A DNA stretch of 64,000 nt from a virus: the IMG/VR virus record IMGVR_UViG_3300020183_005033, positions 58,437 to 122,436 of that record. The stretch is one strand, 5' to 3'. The notes under the pieces are model-generated. The model saw only the letters and a list, made by a program, of their open reading frames with translations. It was not told the origin of the DNA and made no database searches. Below, one piece after another: positions 18,936-30,123 of this stretch. Both the position numbers and the translations under genes were made by a program. Each line of letters starts with the position of its first letter. Position 1 is the stretch's first letter.

Positions 18936-20492
18936 ATGTTTTACACGTATTTGGATCAAGTAATGACCGACTATCTTGGATATGCTCAAGTATCCAAAAA
19001 TGCTCCGTTTGCTTTAGCCAATGTTCAGACTATCGCAATTAATAGGTGGGATTGGTTTGTTCAAAACTGGGAAAATAAACTAAAACCAGAATTTAATAAA
19101 AGTCTTCCTAAGTCTGATTTTTTTATTAATCTTCTTAAGGATTTAAATAACGAAATTGTTACGCAAAAATTATTTCCTACAACTAGCACCAACCCGTTTA
19201 TTAATTTAAACAAATTTATTAAATATAAGCCTATATTATCTTATATTTCCTTATCTGACATTTCTCTTACTCCCTCTGAGTCCTTAGTGCTTAAAGAGGA
19301 GCAAAAACGACTAGCTAATCTTTCTGTTTCAGACTTTAAAAATATGGCATATTTTTTACGCAGCAGTGCCGCAACAGCCGCACAAATCGTTGGTCTTGGT
19401 GACAATGATGGAGCCGCTGTACAAGGCTTTCCTATTACATCGGCTCAAAGGGGATACTCTCCTCAAGAGTTGGAGCAGATTGGCGATATTTTTGATTTAG
19501 CCGACGAAATTGATGGGATTATTTATTATCTTCAGCAGCAAACCGTTAAGCAACCTAACCTTTTGGCCGTTGCTAATAAAAACACAGACGCTGACTCTCA
19601 AGTTGTCTTTAATCAGTCGTATACGACAGCCGTCTCGCTCCCTTTTGTGGAATCCTTAGAGTATATGGCTGAGCAGTTTATGGGGTCAAAAGATTTTTGG
19701 TTTGAGATTGCAACGCTCAATAACCTTCAACCACCATATGTCGACAAAACGGGAACAAAAGAATATCTTTTGGGGCCAGGTACGCTCGCTTCTGTAAAGA
19801 TTTCCACTAATCGAGCAAATGAAGTAAAAGTTGGAACAAAAATTAAGATTGGTTCGTATACCGTAAGAGAAGAAACTCGGTCTGTTTTAAAGATCGTTAA
19901 GTTTGATGATGGCACGATGATTCTTTCTTTGTCCGGTGCAGCCAATCTGTCTAAGCTGAAGATTTCGGAAAAAGCATATGTCAAAATCTATAAACCACAG
20001 ACAGCAAACGAAGACTCCCTCCTTCTTATCCCCGTAGACGCAGAATCAGCCTTAATTGAAGGAAAGCAGCCGTCTCTCGATGTTCTGAAAAGGCTCGATA
20101 GGGCATTGCTAGACTTTGGCGTAGATGCTCGTCGAGATGAGAAAACAGGCGAGATTCAGATTGGCAAAAACGGTGATTTTGACATTATTTATGGAATGCC
20201 CGCCGTTCGTCAGGCAATTCATTCCCTAATGTCTACAAATATCGGTGAGTTACCGTTTCACCCGGACTACGGAATACCGTTTGCTAATTCAATTGGCGAG
20301 CGTTTTTACGGCAATGTTGAGCTGGCGGCAGCTTTTTCTGAGATATTACAAGAAGTTATATTATCTGACGGCAGGTATTCAGACGTTGTTGTTCAAGACT
20401 TAACAGTTACGGAAACATCTATCTCAATCAATATGATTGTGACCGTAGATGGCTCTAATGTCATAATTCCGTTAAGCTTTGTTTCAACGTAA
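18936..20492 (+). CDS. baseplate protein: LysM-like region fused to C-terminal gp25/gpW-like domain
   Basis: ESLEYMAEQFMG...WFEIATLNNLQPPY; GMPAVRQAIHSLMSTNIGELPFHPDYG...ILSDGRY. Confidence 0.65.
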   Translation: MFYTYLDQVMTDYLGYAQVSKNAPFALANVQTIAINRWDWFVQNWENKLKPEFNKSLPKSDFFINLLKDLNNEIVTQKLFPTTSTNPFINLNKFIKYKPILSYISLSDISLTPSESLVLKEEQKRLANLSVSDFKNMAYFLRSSAATAAQIVGLGDNDGAAVQGFPITSAQRGYSPQELEQIGDIFDLADEIDGIIYYLQQQTVKQPNLLAVANKNTDADSQVVFNQSYTTAVSLPFVESLEYMAEQFMGSKDFWFEIATLNNLQPPYVDKTGTKEYLLGPGTLASVKISTNRANEVKVGTKIKIGSYTVREETRSVLKIVKFDDGTMILSLSGAANLSKLKISEKAYVKIYKPQTANEDSLLLIPVDAESALIEGKQPSLDVLKRLDRALLDFGVDARRDEKTGEIQIGKNGDFDIIYGMPAVRQAIHSLMSTNIGELPFHPDYGIPFANSIGERFYGNVELAAAFSEILQEVILSDGRYSDVVVQDLTVTETSISINMIVTVDGSNVIIPLSFVST

Positions 20493-20562
20493 ATTCTTCT
20501 TGAAAAATAACACAGTCCATCTTAAAATAAAGTCACCTGAATCTTATTGAGGAGTTGGGCGC

Positions 20563-23500
20563 GTGACAGTTACTATTAAATCCAAGGAGCAATTGCTGGG
20601 CACTTGGGTCAGAAGAATCAAGAATAATACTGATATTACTGACTTTCAAACAGGCGGCGCTCTTGTTACATTAATGGAAGCTGTCGCTCAACAGGTTTAT
20701 CAGGCGCAGCTATCCGTGCTAAAAGTGCTTGAAGTTACTGAAGTTGATAATCTTGTTGGCGAAAGACTCGATGATTTGGCCGAGTCTCTTAAAATTCCAA
20801 ATGGTCAGGGCGGAGTGGGTCGTCAAGCGGCTATTCAGGCTACCGGTACCGTAACGATTGGTTCTGAGTTTAAAAAAATATCAACTCGCGCTTATGCCGG
20901 CAGACCCGCTCCGTATGCAGGCTCAACAGTTCTTTATGTTCAAGATGCCTCAGAAATGTTTGCAGCCGCTCCGGTTAATGGAAAAGTTTATCTTGGTCGC
21001 AATACGGTTGATTCGTTTGAAGGACCTATTTTATATACGAGTATTTCTTCAACCGGAACGTATTGGATTATTAATCTTGCTGACCCTCTTACAAAAGATC
21101 ATCCCTATACCGACGAAATTGTGTTGGCGCAGGGAGGAGATAGAACTATCAACGCCTCTACCGTTGTACAGGTGCCAGCGTCCGCAGAGTCTCCTGCTAT
21201 TCAGCTTACGGTAGATGCGGCAGTCATTTTGCCAGACGGAGAGGATTCTGTTACTGTTTCCGTAACTTGCTCTCAGTTTGGCGTTACGGGGAATGTTGCT
21301 TCAGGTGCTGTTACAGAATTTTCCGCAAAACCTTTTGTTGGCGCCACTGTTATCAATAAGCAGCCATTCGTTAATGGTTTTGATACAGAATCAGACGCCT
21401 CTCTTCGTCAGCGAATTAAAGATTATCCAAATACACTTGCTCGTGGAACTGTTGGGGCGATTAATTCCGCACTCTTGACAGTTGTAGATGCCGACACCAA
21501 GAAAAAAGTTGTTTCAGCGTCTGTTATTCGCCCTTTAGAAAAAGGCGAACCAACAACGGTTTACGTTGACGACGGATCTCTACTTGAACCCGTTTTTCTT
21601 GGCCAGGACTATGAACTATTGCTAGCAAAGGCATCTGGATTAGAGCAAAGTTTTAGAACTGCTCAAGCTCCGGTGACTCCCGCCGTTGTAGCGGGCGCAC
21701 AGCAGGCTCCGTATGTGCTACAGGCGGGCATGTCCATTACGTTTCTTATTGATAATATTCCCTACGTATACACAATCGCCCCTTCAAATTACAAAGATTT
21801 GACTGCAGCTACAGCTTACGAAATTGTTCGTGATTTAAATTCAGACGCTGAAGGTATTCTTGATTTTCGCGTTACTGAAAATGGTACAAAAATCGTTGCG
21901 ATAGACAGAACAAATACTGCGGAAGAGATACGTGTAATTCCGGGCGAATTGCAAAGCGTATTGGGTTTCCCAACCGTAACTCAGCGGCCTATTTATTTGT
22001 ATAAAAACGGAATTTTGCAATCCTTCAAGGGAAAAACAGCAACAATTTCATCCAATCCTTTTTCAAATTGGTCTATTACCGGAGCTTCTTATACAGGACT
22101 ACAGGTAATCGTTGACGGCGTAGCTGTGGCCGTTGCTGATATTACCAATACAGACTTTTTGTCGCGTTTTGGCGTTGCTATGACTGCAGCAACTGCCGAA
22201 AACTGGCGAGAGGTTTTGCAAGCGAAAATTCCCGGCGTTACCGTAATCTTTCAAGATAATAGATTTATTATTAGTTCAAATAAAGAAAATAATTCCTCCA
22301 GTGAAATCACAATCAGCGCCGGCGGTTGGATTGGGCCAGCTTCTATTTTTTCTACAGAGCCAGAAGAAAGAACATCGGTAGGCGCCTCAAAGGATTATAC
22401 CTTTAATAGATATACCGGAGATATTCGCTTTATTTCGCGATTGCAGGCCGGAGATATTATTGAGATAGCTTCGGTTAATACTCGTGCATTTGTTAAGTCT
22501 ACGACCACATCTACTGGTCTGTATGATTTATCAAATGACTATCCTGGATTTGGTCAGTCTAAGTTTATTGTTGCTTTGGACGGTGACGTACAGGTTAAAA
22601 CAACGGGAAGCATTACGAACGGCTTAATCGAAGTTACAGAAATTGATTCAAGTGGTTTGACCGTATCTCTTCAAGATTATTTAGGAAATGGACTTTTTAT
22701 CAATGCCGAAATTAATGACTATATCTACTTAGCGGCAGTTAAGGAAACTGAAACTACTCCAATTTCTGGATTTTCTTCTTTTTCCGACGAAGCCATAGGT
22801 TTTTATAAAATTAAAAAAATTGTGCGCGGCACGGTTCCTGCAAACTCTGACACAATCGTCGTAGAGGTGTCTTCCTATCAGGCAGCGGCTGCTTTTATTC
22901 TTGGAGATAGGTACGACACTTCATATTTGGGTGCGCCAACATTTAAGTTATTCTCTTCCACCGTTGTCCCGCAAGTTGTATCGCTAGTTCCAACGGCAGC
23001 GGCAATAGTAGAGGAGGTGGCGAATCAAATTAACGAACAAATTGTCGGCGGCGTTGCGGAAAGAAGCTCCGGACAGTATTTCTTTTTAAGAACAAATACT
23101 TACACAGACGGACAGATTTCAATTATTGCAACTTTTGGAAAAGCGAACAATCTATTCACCTCGTCAGCTGGATCTGCTTTGCAATCTCACGTTGGATCGT
23201 CCTCCTCCGTGTATTTGGATGGTGGTTTCCCCGTTGTAGCAGAAACAGTTTTGCCTTCCGATCCCGCAGCCGGATATGCGGCTCGTGATTATTTAAAAGT
23301 TGCTCCAAACTATACAGAAGTAACACAAACAACAACCAACCCAATTGCTCAGGCTGCCTCCATTGTTAGTACCTATCCAGTTGGATTTCAGGAAACTTGG
23401 GTCACAGGAAAGCTGTCAGGATGGACAGGGCGCGTTTACAACACAGAAACAATTGCACCATTTGAAGGTTTTTTAAGAACAGATAGCGCAATTAAGCCAA

Positions 23501-26500
23501 TTGGCTCGGTGAATGTTACCTCGGAAACCCTGGACAGATATTCTAATATTTCCCTTAGGTTGCAAGATTTATCCATTACCCCCTTTGATAAATTCGTTGT
23601 TGAGATGGATTTAGATTCAGCCAACAAAACAATTACTTTGCCTTTATACAAAAAAGCTATTATTTCAGATGAGCAGCAGATTGCGATTTCTGGAAAAGGT
23701 CAAAAATTTCAATTTACTTTAAAAGATCCAGAAGATTTTGATAAAGAGTTTTTTGACGTTACAAGCCCATTTAGAGATTTTGATTTTAACGATTTTAAAG
23801 TAGTTGGTAAGTCAGTCGGTGTTTATAAGTTAAATAGCGCGGGTATGGGCTCGAATGAGCCGGCACTGGCTATTCGCTCTACTTCTTTTGGCGGCGCCAA
23901 TAGAGTTAAACTAAATGTTCTTTATCCCCAGTCTCCATCAAAGGGTGAAATTACAATTAGTCACTCAAATGTGTACGAAAATGAAGAGGTTCAGACTGTA
24001 GTTGTTGCAGAGATGGCGTCTCAAGCGGCCATTCCCTCTACAATTTTTAATTCCGGCACTTATAAAGTGACTAATTCGTCTACATCTAACAATCTTACAG
24101 ACATTACTTTGTCAACATTTCAGCCATCAATTACTGCAGTTGCTAAATTTGAATCACTTAGTCCTTCTTTTGGCTTTTCTTTTGGGGCACGTTCTGCAAA
24201 TTATCCGGGAGTGCTAGGAAATAGCATCGAACTCGTTATTCAAGATAGCGGTAAACTGGGCACAACGGCAGAATTAGTTCAAATGATCGCTCAGTCAACT
24301 AAAAAAGTAATTCTTGATTTAAGAGGTTCTGCCCCCACTAGCGCTCAGCTAGCCGCCGCGTTAAGTGTCAGTACATATTTAGAAACAGTAACCGAAACAG
24401 TCGTGGGAAGTGTCTTATCGCTCGTGAAGATTCCAAATACATATGGCTACATACCAGAAGTTTCGGCAAAAATTTCAAATCCATATTTTACCATTTCCTT
24501 CAATCAGGTGGACTACAGTCCGCGCTTACGCGGAGCTGCGGGCAATTCATGGTCATTTAAATGTATAAGCACTGGCACGGGTACACCAATTGTAACTATC
24601 AATACTGCTCAAAAAATAATCGAAGTTAATTTAAGAGGCTCTCGCCTTTTGTTAACCGACTTAGAGAATTTGCTTAATGGCTCGTCTGGTTTTAATGCCA
24701 ACATAATTAAAGTAGAGGTCTCAAGCGGAGACCAGTATTTAGCTCCGTTTGGCCCTTCTTTCTTCTCCGGTGGAGTAACCGTCTCCAATACAATTTATAC
24801 GTCAGATGGGGCAGATGAGACAAATGGTGTTTTTGATGGTTTGTATTTAGTCAACAATTTATTACAGGTCAACGGAACACAATCCACTGTTTCCATGCCA
24901 ATTGGGGTTTGGCCAATTGTTGATAAGCCGACTGCAGCGGAATTAACAATCCGTGTTCCTAATTACGTTGGCCTATCTTCGGCTACAGCAGTTAATACTA
25001 TTTTCAATGCTGCCAACTATCAGCTTCAGTCTTTTCCCGTCGAGGCAAAAACACTCAAAGATCTGGCAGATGCAATTAACGCCTATTTGCCAGAAACACC
25101 AGTCGTTACTGCAGCTATTTTGGGATTAGAAACCACCAACGCTCTTATGCCGGGAGGTGCTCAGATCCCTCGGGCTACGTATATTAATTACACAAACCCA
25201 AACGCCTTGCCTGGTACCGTTGATAGCTCAAGCTCAGCATTGTCATTCCATGCTTTTTGGGCAAATCGTTCAGAAGGTTGTTCGATTTATGATTATGATT
25301 TGCTTGGAAATGCAATTAAGTCGGTTGTCCAGTCAAATGATGCAATGTTCCCTAGCGGAAATGCTATTTTGGGTACGGCATATTCTTCGGTGGGCGAAGA
25401 GGTTTATCTTCTTCCAACAAATGCGGCTACTTTTAGTAGATGGGCAAATTTTGCGCCAGCTTCTTCGTTGCCAATTCAGGCTGATATTGTTCGAGCCGAA
25501 GGCGCTGCAAAAGTTCAAATTTCTTCAAAGCTTCGAGGAACAAAAGGATCTGTGTATCCAAAAGATACACTTGCAAATAATTATAAAACAGTCACACTTG
25601 AGGCCGCCTCAGCTGAGAATGGTTCGGTTTACTTTCCCCTGTTGGTATCGCAAACAAAACAGCTACCAAGAGGCTCAATCGTAAAAGTAAAGAATGCGCT
25701 TGTTTCTGAATTATTAAGGCCATTTAGGGTTGCCTCCCCTCTTGCAAACTTAACTCCGGCCAATACTGCAAACGAAAAGACTTGGTTCAGAACAGGAACA
25801 AATATTGTTTATGAGCAGGCCAGTTCAACACGTGGGCGATTGTATTTCTTGAGACACGGGCAGTCAGCTACAATTGGTAGCATTTCGGTGACCGACACTG
25901 AGCCATTAGCTTCAGGTACAGAAATTAATATTACGTACAATACTCCCTCTGTAGGCTTAGCGACTATTACTTGCTCAGCGGGAACGCTTTCGGCTCGAAT
26001 TGGCGATATGCTTTATATTCGTTCGGCGGGATTTCCTGCCGAAGTAAACTGCCCCGCTCTTGATAGCGGTCTAGTTATGAACAGCAGCCTTTATGATAAC
26101 CCCTATGGTCTAACAGGTTATGTGGGCTATCCAGTAGTTCAGGTCAATGACTCAACAAGCTGTTGCGTCATTGCTCCAAATTTGACTCAAAATCACACAC
26201 TTACCCTTGCCGCATCGACAGATCTTGTTTTTGTTCCTACTGTTTATACAGAAAAAAACATCAAGACACAGCATAAGGCGGGCTCACAAGGGGTCGAGGT
26301 TCTTGGAAATGTGGCAACTCAGGGAACCCATGCAGAGTCTATTTCGGGTGTTTGCTCATACGGAATCGTAAAAAAACTGTCAGATGGGTTTTCCGCCCTG
26401 ATTCTTTCTAACACCTCCGACGGCACAACGCCTCCAGATCGCTTAAACGACACAATGCTACTCGCAGAGTGCGGTGTAAATACCGACGATTATGTGTTTT

Positions 26501-27558
26501 TAAATGGATTTGGTCAAGGAGTTGATGGTCAGTACCAGCTTGTAGCGCACGACGGAAAAAATACGGCTATTCTTTATAACTCAGTTCTTCCGATTCAAGA
26601 CGTTGTTCAGGATAGTGTCACACGCTCAGTCAATGTAGGTAAAAATTGGTGGGGCAAAGAATTGCAAATTGTCGATAATGATTCGGCTGATTATACAATT
26701 GACCCTCGCGTAGTTCGTATTGTGGATGCTGAGTCTGTTTTGCCCGGATGTAAGATATCAATTGCTTCGGCTGCTGAAGGTACAAGTAATTGGTTCCCGC
26801 AAGCGCTCGTAGGGATTTGGACAGTAACAGAGATTGGTTTTTATGGCCCTTCGGCTAGTATCTGTCCGTATATTGAATTTGATATGCCAGCCGGGGCTCC
26901 CGCCGCAGCACAACTTGTTACTATTGCGGCCGCGAATGAAGAGAATATTGGGTTTTTGGAAAAAGAACCATTTTCTGCTTTTAGGCTTGTTCAGGGATGG
27001 GCAATTGATCCTAAAAATGCAGAAAACGCTCAAGCCTATCTGACTCCAGCTAAATCTTATCAAAAAATTTCAAATTACCTGGGATCAGAAATTGAATGCG
27101 TTCATAAACTAGGATACGAAACTGTACCTAAAACCGGTATCGACGGATATAAAATTTTTGGTGGCCTTATTCGAGAGGCTCAAAGAACTGTAGATGGCGT
27201 TCCTACTTCAATTAGCAGATATCCCGGTGTTAAGTCTACGGGAACCGATGTATCGGTATTGCCTCCAATTCCTCGTTCAGTTTCAGTTTCTTTCCGAGTT
27301 CGCGCTCGTGATGGTATTTCGATTAACACAATCGCAGCCGTCGTTCGCTCTGCCGTAGTATCTTTTATTGGCGGATTGGGGATCGGTCAATCTGTAATTT
27401 TGTCCGAGCTTATAGGATTGGTTCAAGACATTCCCGGTGTTGTTTCTGTAGAAATTATCGAAACTCTCCCCTTTGCAGTTGACGGGCGTATTCCGGTTGC
27501 GGATAATGAAAAGGCAGTGGTGATAGATTCGGCATCTAACATTAGCGTTGGGCAATAA
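20563..27558 (+). CDS. giant baseplate J/gp6-like wedge protein
   Basis: N-terminal ITDFQTGGALVTLMEA, GVTGNVASG, NGFDTESDASLRQR, LARGT; C-terminal FIGGLGIGQSVILSELI...IPGVVSV. Confidence 0.8.
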   Translation: MTVTIKSKEQLLGTWVRRIKNNTDITDFQTGGALVTLMEAVAQQVYQAQLSVLKVLEVTEVDNLVGERLDDLAESLKIPNGQGGVGRQAAIQATGTVTIGSEFKKISTRAYAGRPAPYAGSTVLYVQDASEMFAAAPVNGKVYLGRNTVDSFEGPILYTSISSTGTYWIINLADPLTKDHPYTDEIVLAQGGDRTINASTVVQVPASAESPAIQLTVDAAVILPDGEDSVTVSVTCSQFGVTGNVASGAVTEFSAKPFVGATVINKQPFVNGFDTESDASLRQRIKDYPNTLARGTVGAINSALLTVVDADTKKKVVSASVIRPLEKGEPTTVYVDDGSLLEPVFLGQDYELLLAKASGLEQSFRTAQAPVTPAVVAGAQQAPYVLQAGMSITFLIDNIPYVYTIAPSNYKDLTAATAYEIVRDLNSDAEGILDFRVTENGTKIVAIDRTNTAEEIRVIPGELQSVLGFPTVTQRPIYLYKNGILQSFKGKTATISSNPFSNWSITGASYTGLQVIVDGVAVAVADITNTDFLSRFGVAMTAATAENWREVLQAKIPGVTVIFQDNRFIISSNKENNSSSEITISAGGWIGPASIFSTEPEERTSVGASKDYTFNRYTGDIRFISRLQAGDIIEIASVNTRAFVKSTTTSTGLYDLSNDYPGFGQSKFIVALDGDVQVKTTGSITNGLIEVTEIDSSGLTVSLQDYLGNGLFINAEINDYIYLAAVKETETTPISGFSSFSDEAIGFYKIKKIVRGTVPANSDTIVVEVSSYQAAAAFILGDRYDTSYLGAPTFKLFSSTVVPQVVSLVPTAAAIVEEVANQINEQIVGGVAERSSGQYFFLRTNTYTDGQISIIATFGKANNLFTSSAGSALQSHVGSSSSVYLDGGFPVVAETVLPSDPAAGYAARDYLKVAPNYTEVTQTTTNPIAQAASIVSTYPVGFQETWVTGKLSGWTGRVYNTETIAPFEGFLRTDSAIKPIGSVNVTSETLDRYSNISLRLQDLSITPFDKFVVEMDLDSANKTITLPLYKKAIISDEQQIAISGKGQKFQFTLKDPEDFDKEFFDVTSPFRDFDFNDFKVVGKSVGVYKLNSAGMGSNEPALAIRSTSFGGANRVKLNVLYPQSPSKGEITISHSNVYENEEVQTVVVAEMASQAAIPSTIFNSGTYKVTNSSTSNNLTDITLSTFQPSITAVAKFESLSPSFGFSFGARSANYPGVLGNSIELVIQDSGKLGTTAELVQMIAQSTKKVILDLRGSAPTSAQLAAALSVSTYLETVTETVVGSVLSLVKIPNTYGYIPEVSAKISNPYFTISFNQVDYSPRLRGAAGNSWSFKCISTGTGTPIVTINTAQKIIEVNLRGSRLLLTDLENLLNGSSGFNANIIKVEVSSGDQYLAPFGPSFFSGGVTVSNTIYTSDGADETNGVFDGLYLVNNLLQVNGTQSTVSMPIGVWPIVDKPTAAELTIRVPNYVGLSSATAVNTIFNAANYQLQSFPVEAKTLKDLADAINAYLPETPVVTAAILGLETTNALMPGGAQIPRATYINYTNPNALPGTVDSSSSALSFHAFWANRSEGCSIYDYDLLGNAIKSVVQSNDAMFPSGNAILGTAYSSVGEEVYLLPTNAATFSRWANFAPASSLPIQADIVRAEGAAKVQISSKLRGTKGSVYPKDTLANNYKTVTLEAASAENGSVYFPLLVSQTKQLPRGSIVKVKNALVSELLRPFRVASPLANLTPANTANEKTWFRTGTNIVYEQASSTRGRLYFLRHGQSATIGSISVTDTEPLASGTEINITYNTPSVGLATITCSAGTLSARIGDMLYIRSAGFPAEVNCPALDSGLVMNSSLYDNPYGLTGYVGYPVVQVNDSTSCCVIAPNLTQNHTLTLAASTDLVFVPTVYTEKNIKTQHKAGSQGVEVLGNVATQGTHAESISGVCSYGIVKKLSDGFSALILSNTSDGTTPPDRLNDTMLLAECGVNTDDYVFLNGFGQGVDGQYQLVAHDGKNTAILYNSVLPIQDVVQDSVTRSVNVGKNWWGKELQIVDNDSADYTIDPRVVRIVDAESVLPGCKISIASAAEGTSNWFPQALVGIWTVTEIGFYGPSASICPYIEFDMPAGAPAAAQLVTIAAANEENIGFLEKEPFSAFRLVQGWAIDPKNAENAQAYLTPAKSYQKISNYLGSEIECVHKLGYETVPKTGIDGYKIFGGLIREAQRTVDGVPTSISRYPGVKSTGTDVSVLPPIPRSVSVSFRVRARDGISINTIAAVVRSAVVSFIGGLGIGQSVILSELIGLVQDIPGVVSVEIIETLPFAVDGRIPVADNEKAVVIDSASNISVGQ

Positions 27559-27559
27559 A

Positions 27560-30091
27560 ATGTCAAATGTTCGTCAGTATTTACCGTTAGTTGCAAAGCC
27601 AAATAAAGAACAGGCGCCAAAAATAAACGCCTTGCTCGATGGCGTTGATGACATAGTTGATCAGCTTGAAAAATACACGGAATATGCGCAAAATCAATTT
27701 TTCTTTACAACCGCAGACGCTGAGTATGTTTTTAAGCTCGCAGCTCGAAGTGGTTTTTATTTGCCAAGAGACGCTGGTTTAAATATCGAGGGACTTAAAC
27801 CACTTGCCCCATTAATGATCAATCAACCAAAGACATCTTTGGAAATTTTGTTGCGCGTTTTAGAAATTTATTTTTCTCAGACTTTAACCAGGCCAAGTGT
27901 TATTTCTGCTCAGGCTGAGCCATACAGATTAAAAGAAAAAGATGATTTGATTGTAAAAACAAGAGACGCTGAACACTGTTTGACTGTCGATAAGTCAATG
28001 TTTTCTGATATTAAAAACGTATCCGCTTCGGAGTTAGCAACTTATATAAATTCCGTTCAATATCATTATATTGCAACCGTTTTTTACGACAGAATCGTCG
28101 AGAAAAACAAAATTCGACTTACACCGAATGGCTCTGGTCTAAATGAAATTATTCAAGTAATTGGCGGAACCCTTCAAAATTTATTACTTTTTCCAAACAT
28201 TATCCCAACGACAAACTCTTTTCAAACACGTTGGCTTGTTTCTAAGGTTGCTGAATATTCCGACATAGTAACCTTCACATATTTAGACGGGCCGCCACCG
28301 TCTATTCATTTAGCAAAAATTGGCGACATTGTGACAATAAGGGGTCAGTTTGATGTAGGAACTTCCGGAGCTGCACAAATACCGGTGCAAGATATCTTCG
28401 GAAATGATGTGATTGATAATTATGGTAACCTGGTAACTGTATTAGTTTATCTAATACAAGGAAATTATTCTGTTTTAAACGGCACTTATGAAATTATTGA
28501 TGTGGGTTACGATTACTTTAAAATTAGAAATAAATATTTAAGGTTACCTACCGGAAATATTGGAGAAGTAGTACAGCTTTCCCAAAGAGACATTATTTTT
28601 ACCGAAAATATACCACACAGGGTTTACGATCAAGAGACATTTTCTTATATAACAGAAATGACAGACGATGAGTTAAGCGTTACCGTTCCGGCAGTTCCTC
28701 CAATCGTAAAACGTTTTTTGCAGGGTGCTTGGCACGCTTATGGGGCTAAGTACACAGTAGCGGACTTTACCAGAAATACTGTAAGAATAGAAAGCTCTCC
28801 AAATGTGCAATTACCCACACAGGGCGCAAGTTTTGTTTTAGAATCTGATACTTTTGCTGCAAATTATGCACAAAAAAGGTTTAAGATTCTAAATACTAAT
28901 CCCTCCAACGGAATTATCACTTTAGAAAACTCAGACGAATATAATGTTTTGCCTTACACAACCCCTACCTTAATTGGAAAAAATAACCCATTCTTTTGTG
29001 ATATCAATTCGGATGTCGTGGAGATGGATTTTAATTATCGTCATGGATTATTTTCAGGGTCAGAAATTATTATCAATTCTGCTGCGATTAATTTGGAAAG
29101 CAATATAGATGTTAATGGGTCTTGGGTGGTAGATAGGGTTTTGTCGGATACAAAAATATCTTTTAAAATCAATCAAAAAAATATTGGCACACCTTCTGCT
29201 AGTTCTGCGGTTTTGTATTCCCTTGGTAATAAAAAATATCGTCTGCAGTTTTCCTCAACGACGACTCTTAATTTGTCTAAAATAAATGTAGTCGGTAAAT
29301 TTTTTGAATTTTACGAAGATGGCACCGCAAATATTTTTAATCCCTACACTTGGCAAAAACTAAAAGCTAGGTGCTTTAAGACGCTCAGCGTAGGAAGTAC
29401 CAGCGTCGATTTTGAAACACTTGAAGATTGGTCTGTGTTGCCAAACGAAACAATTGCTTCAAATGTAAGAGTAAGGACAACCCAAGTCGCGTGGGGGGAA
29501 GACACCTCTTCTTATTATTTTGACAAAACATCGGCACGCAATCAAGAAGTTTTTATGAATAATTTAACAATGACGGCTGCTGATTACATTAAGCCAACTA
29601 GTCCATTATATTTGGGTTCTTATTTGTACGATCCGCAAGGATTAGTAACTAGGTATCTTCCCAGTGCCACAGGCGCTGCTGCGGAGATAGCGATTTTAAG
29701 AGGCGAAAGCGGAGTCCTTGTAACTGTTGATTCTGCTTTGGAATTTAGCCAAAACGGAGGGTATGTGGTATTTGAGTACGGAACCTCGCTCCAAGAGGGG
29801 CCGGTACCGTACATAACTCTTTCGGGAGGCCAAATTGTTATTGACCCAGCGTATGTTTTTAAAAAAACTCACTCAAAGGGAGCTACAGTTAGGCAGGTAA
29901 AAAGATTAGAGCCACTTATGCCAGCCCCTAATGGATTGATGTTTCAGCCATTTTTAACAGGAACCTCAAAAGCCCGAGATAGTTTTTTTGAAATTATTAA
30001 AAAAATAATTTCCGCTGGAGTTTTTGTTACAGACGATGTATTGTACCCAGAGCTGCGGTTTGCTGACGAAAGTATTGAGCCATACAAGTAG
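27560..30091 (+). CDS. baseplate wedge (gpI/gp7-like) protein
   Basis: Directly after J; AQNQFFFTTADAEYV N-terminus and IKKIISAGVFV C-terminus. Confidence 0.55.
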   Translation: MSNVRQYLPLVAKPNKEQAPKINALLDGVDDIVDQLEKYTEYAQNQFFFTTADAEYVFKLAARSGFYLPRDAGLNIEGLKPLAPLMINQPKTSLEILLRVLEIYFSQTLTRPSVISAQAEPYRLKEKDDLIVKTRDAEHCLTVDKSMFSDIKNVSASELATYINSVQYHYIATVFYDRIVEKNKIRLTPNGSGLNEIIQVIGGTLQNLLLFPNIIPTTNSFQTRWLVSKVAEYSDIVTFTYLDGPPPSIHLAKIGDIVTIRGQFDVGTSGAAQIPVQDIFGNDVIDNYGNLVTVLVYLIQGNYSVLNGTYEIIDVGYDYFKIRNKYLRLPTGNIGEVVQLSQRDIIFTENIPHRVYDQETFSYITEMTDDELSVTVPAVPPIVKRFLQGAWHAYGAKYTVADFTRNTVRIESSPNVQLPTQGASFVLESDTFAANYAQKRFKILNTNPSNGIITLENSDEYNVLPYTTPTLIGKNNPFFCDINSDVVEMDFNYRHGLFSGSEIIINSAAINLESNIDVNGSWVVDRVLSDTKISFKINQKNIGTPSASSAVLYSLGNKKYRLQFSSTTTLNLSKINVVGKFFEFYEDGTANIFNPYTWQKLKARCFKTLSVGSTSVDFETLEDWSVLPNETIASNVRVRTTQVAWGEDTSSYYFDKTSARNQEVFMNNLTMTAADYIKPTSPLYLGSYLYDPQGLVTRYLPSATGAAAEIAILRGESGVLVTVDSALEFSQNGGYVVFEYGTSLQEGPVPYITLSGGQIVIDPAYVFKKTHSKGATVRQVKRLEPLMPAPNGLMFQPFLTGTSKARDSFFEIIKKIISAGVFVTDDVLYPELRFADESIEPYK

Positions 30092-30123
30092 TAAAATCGC
30101 TGTATTAAGCAAGAGGAGCTAAA

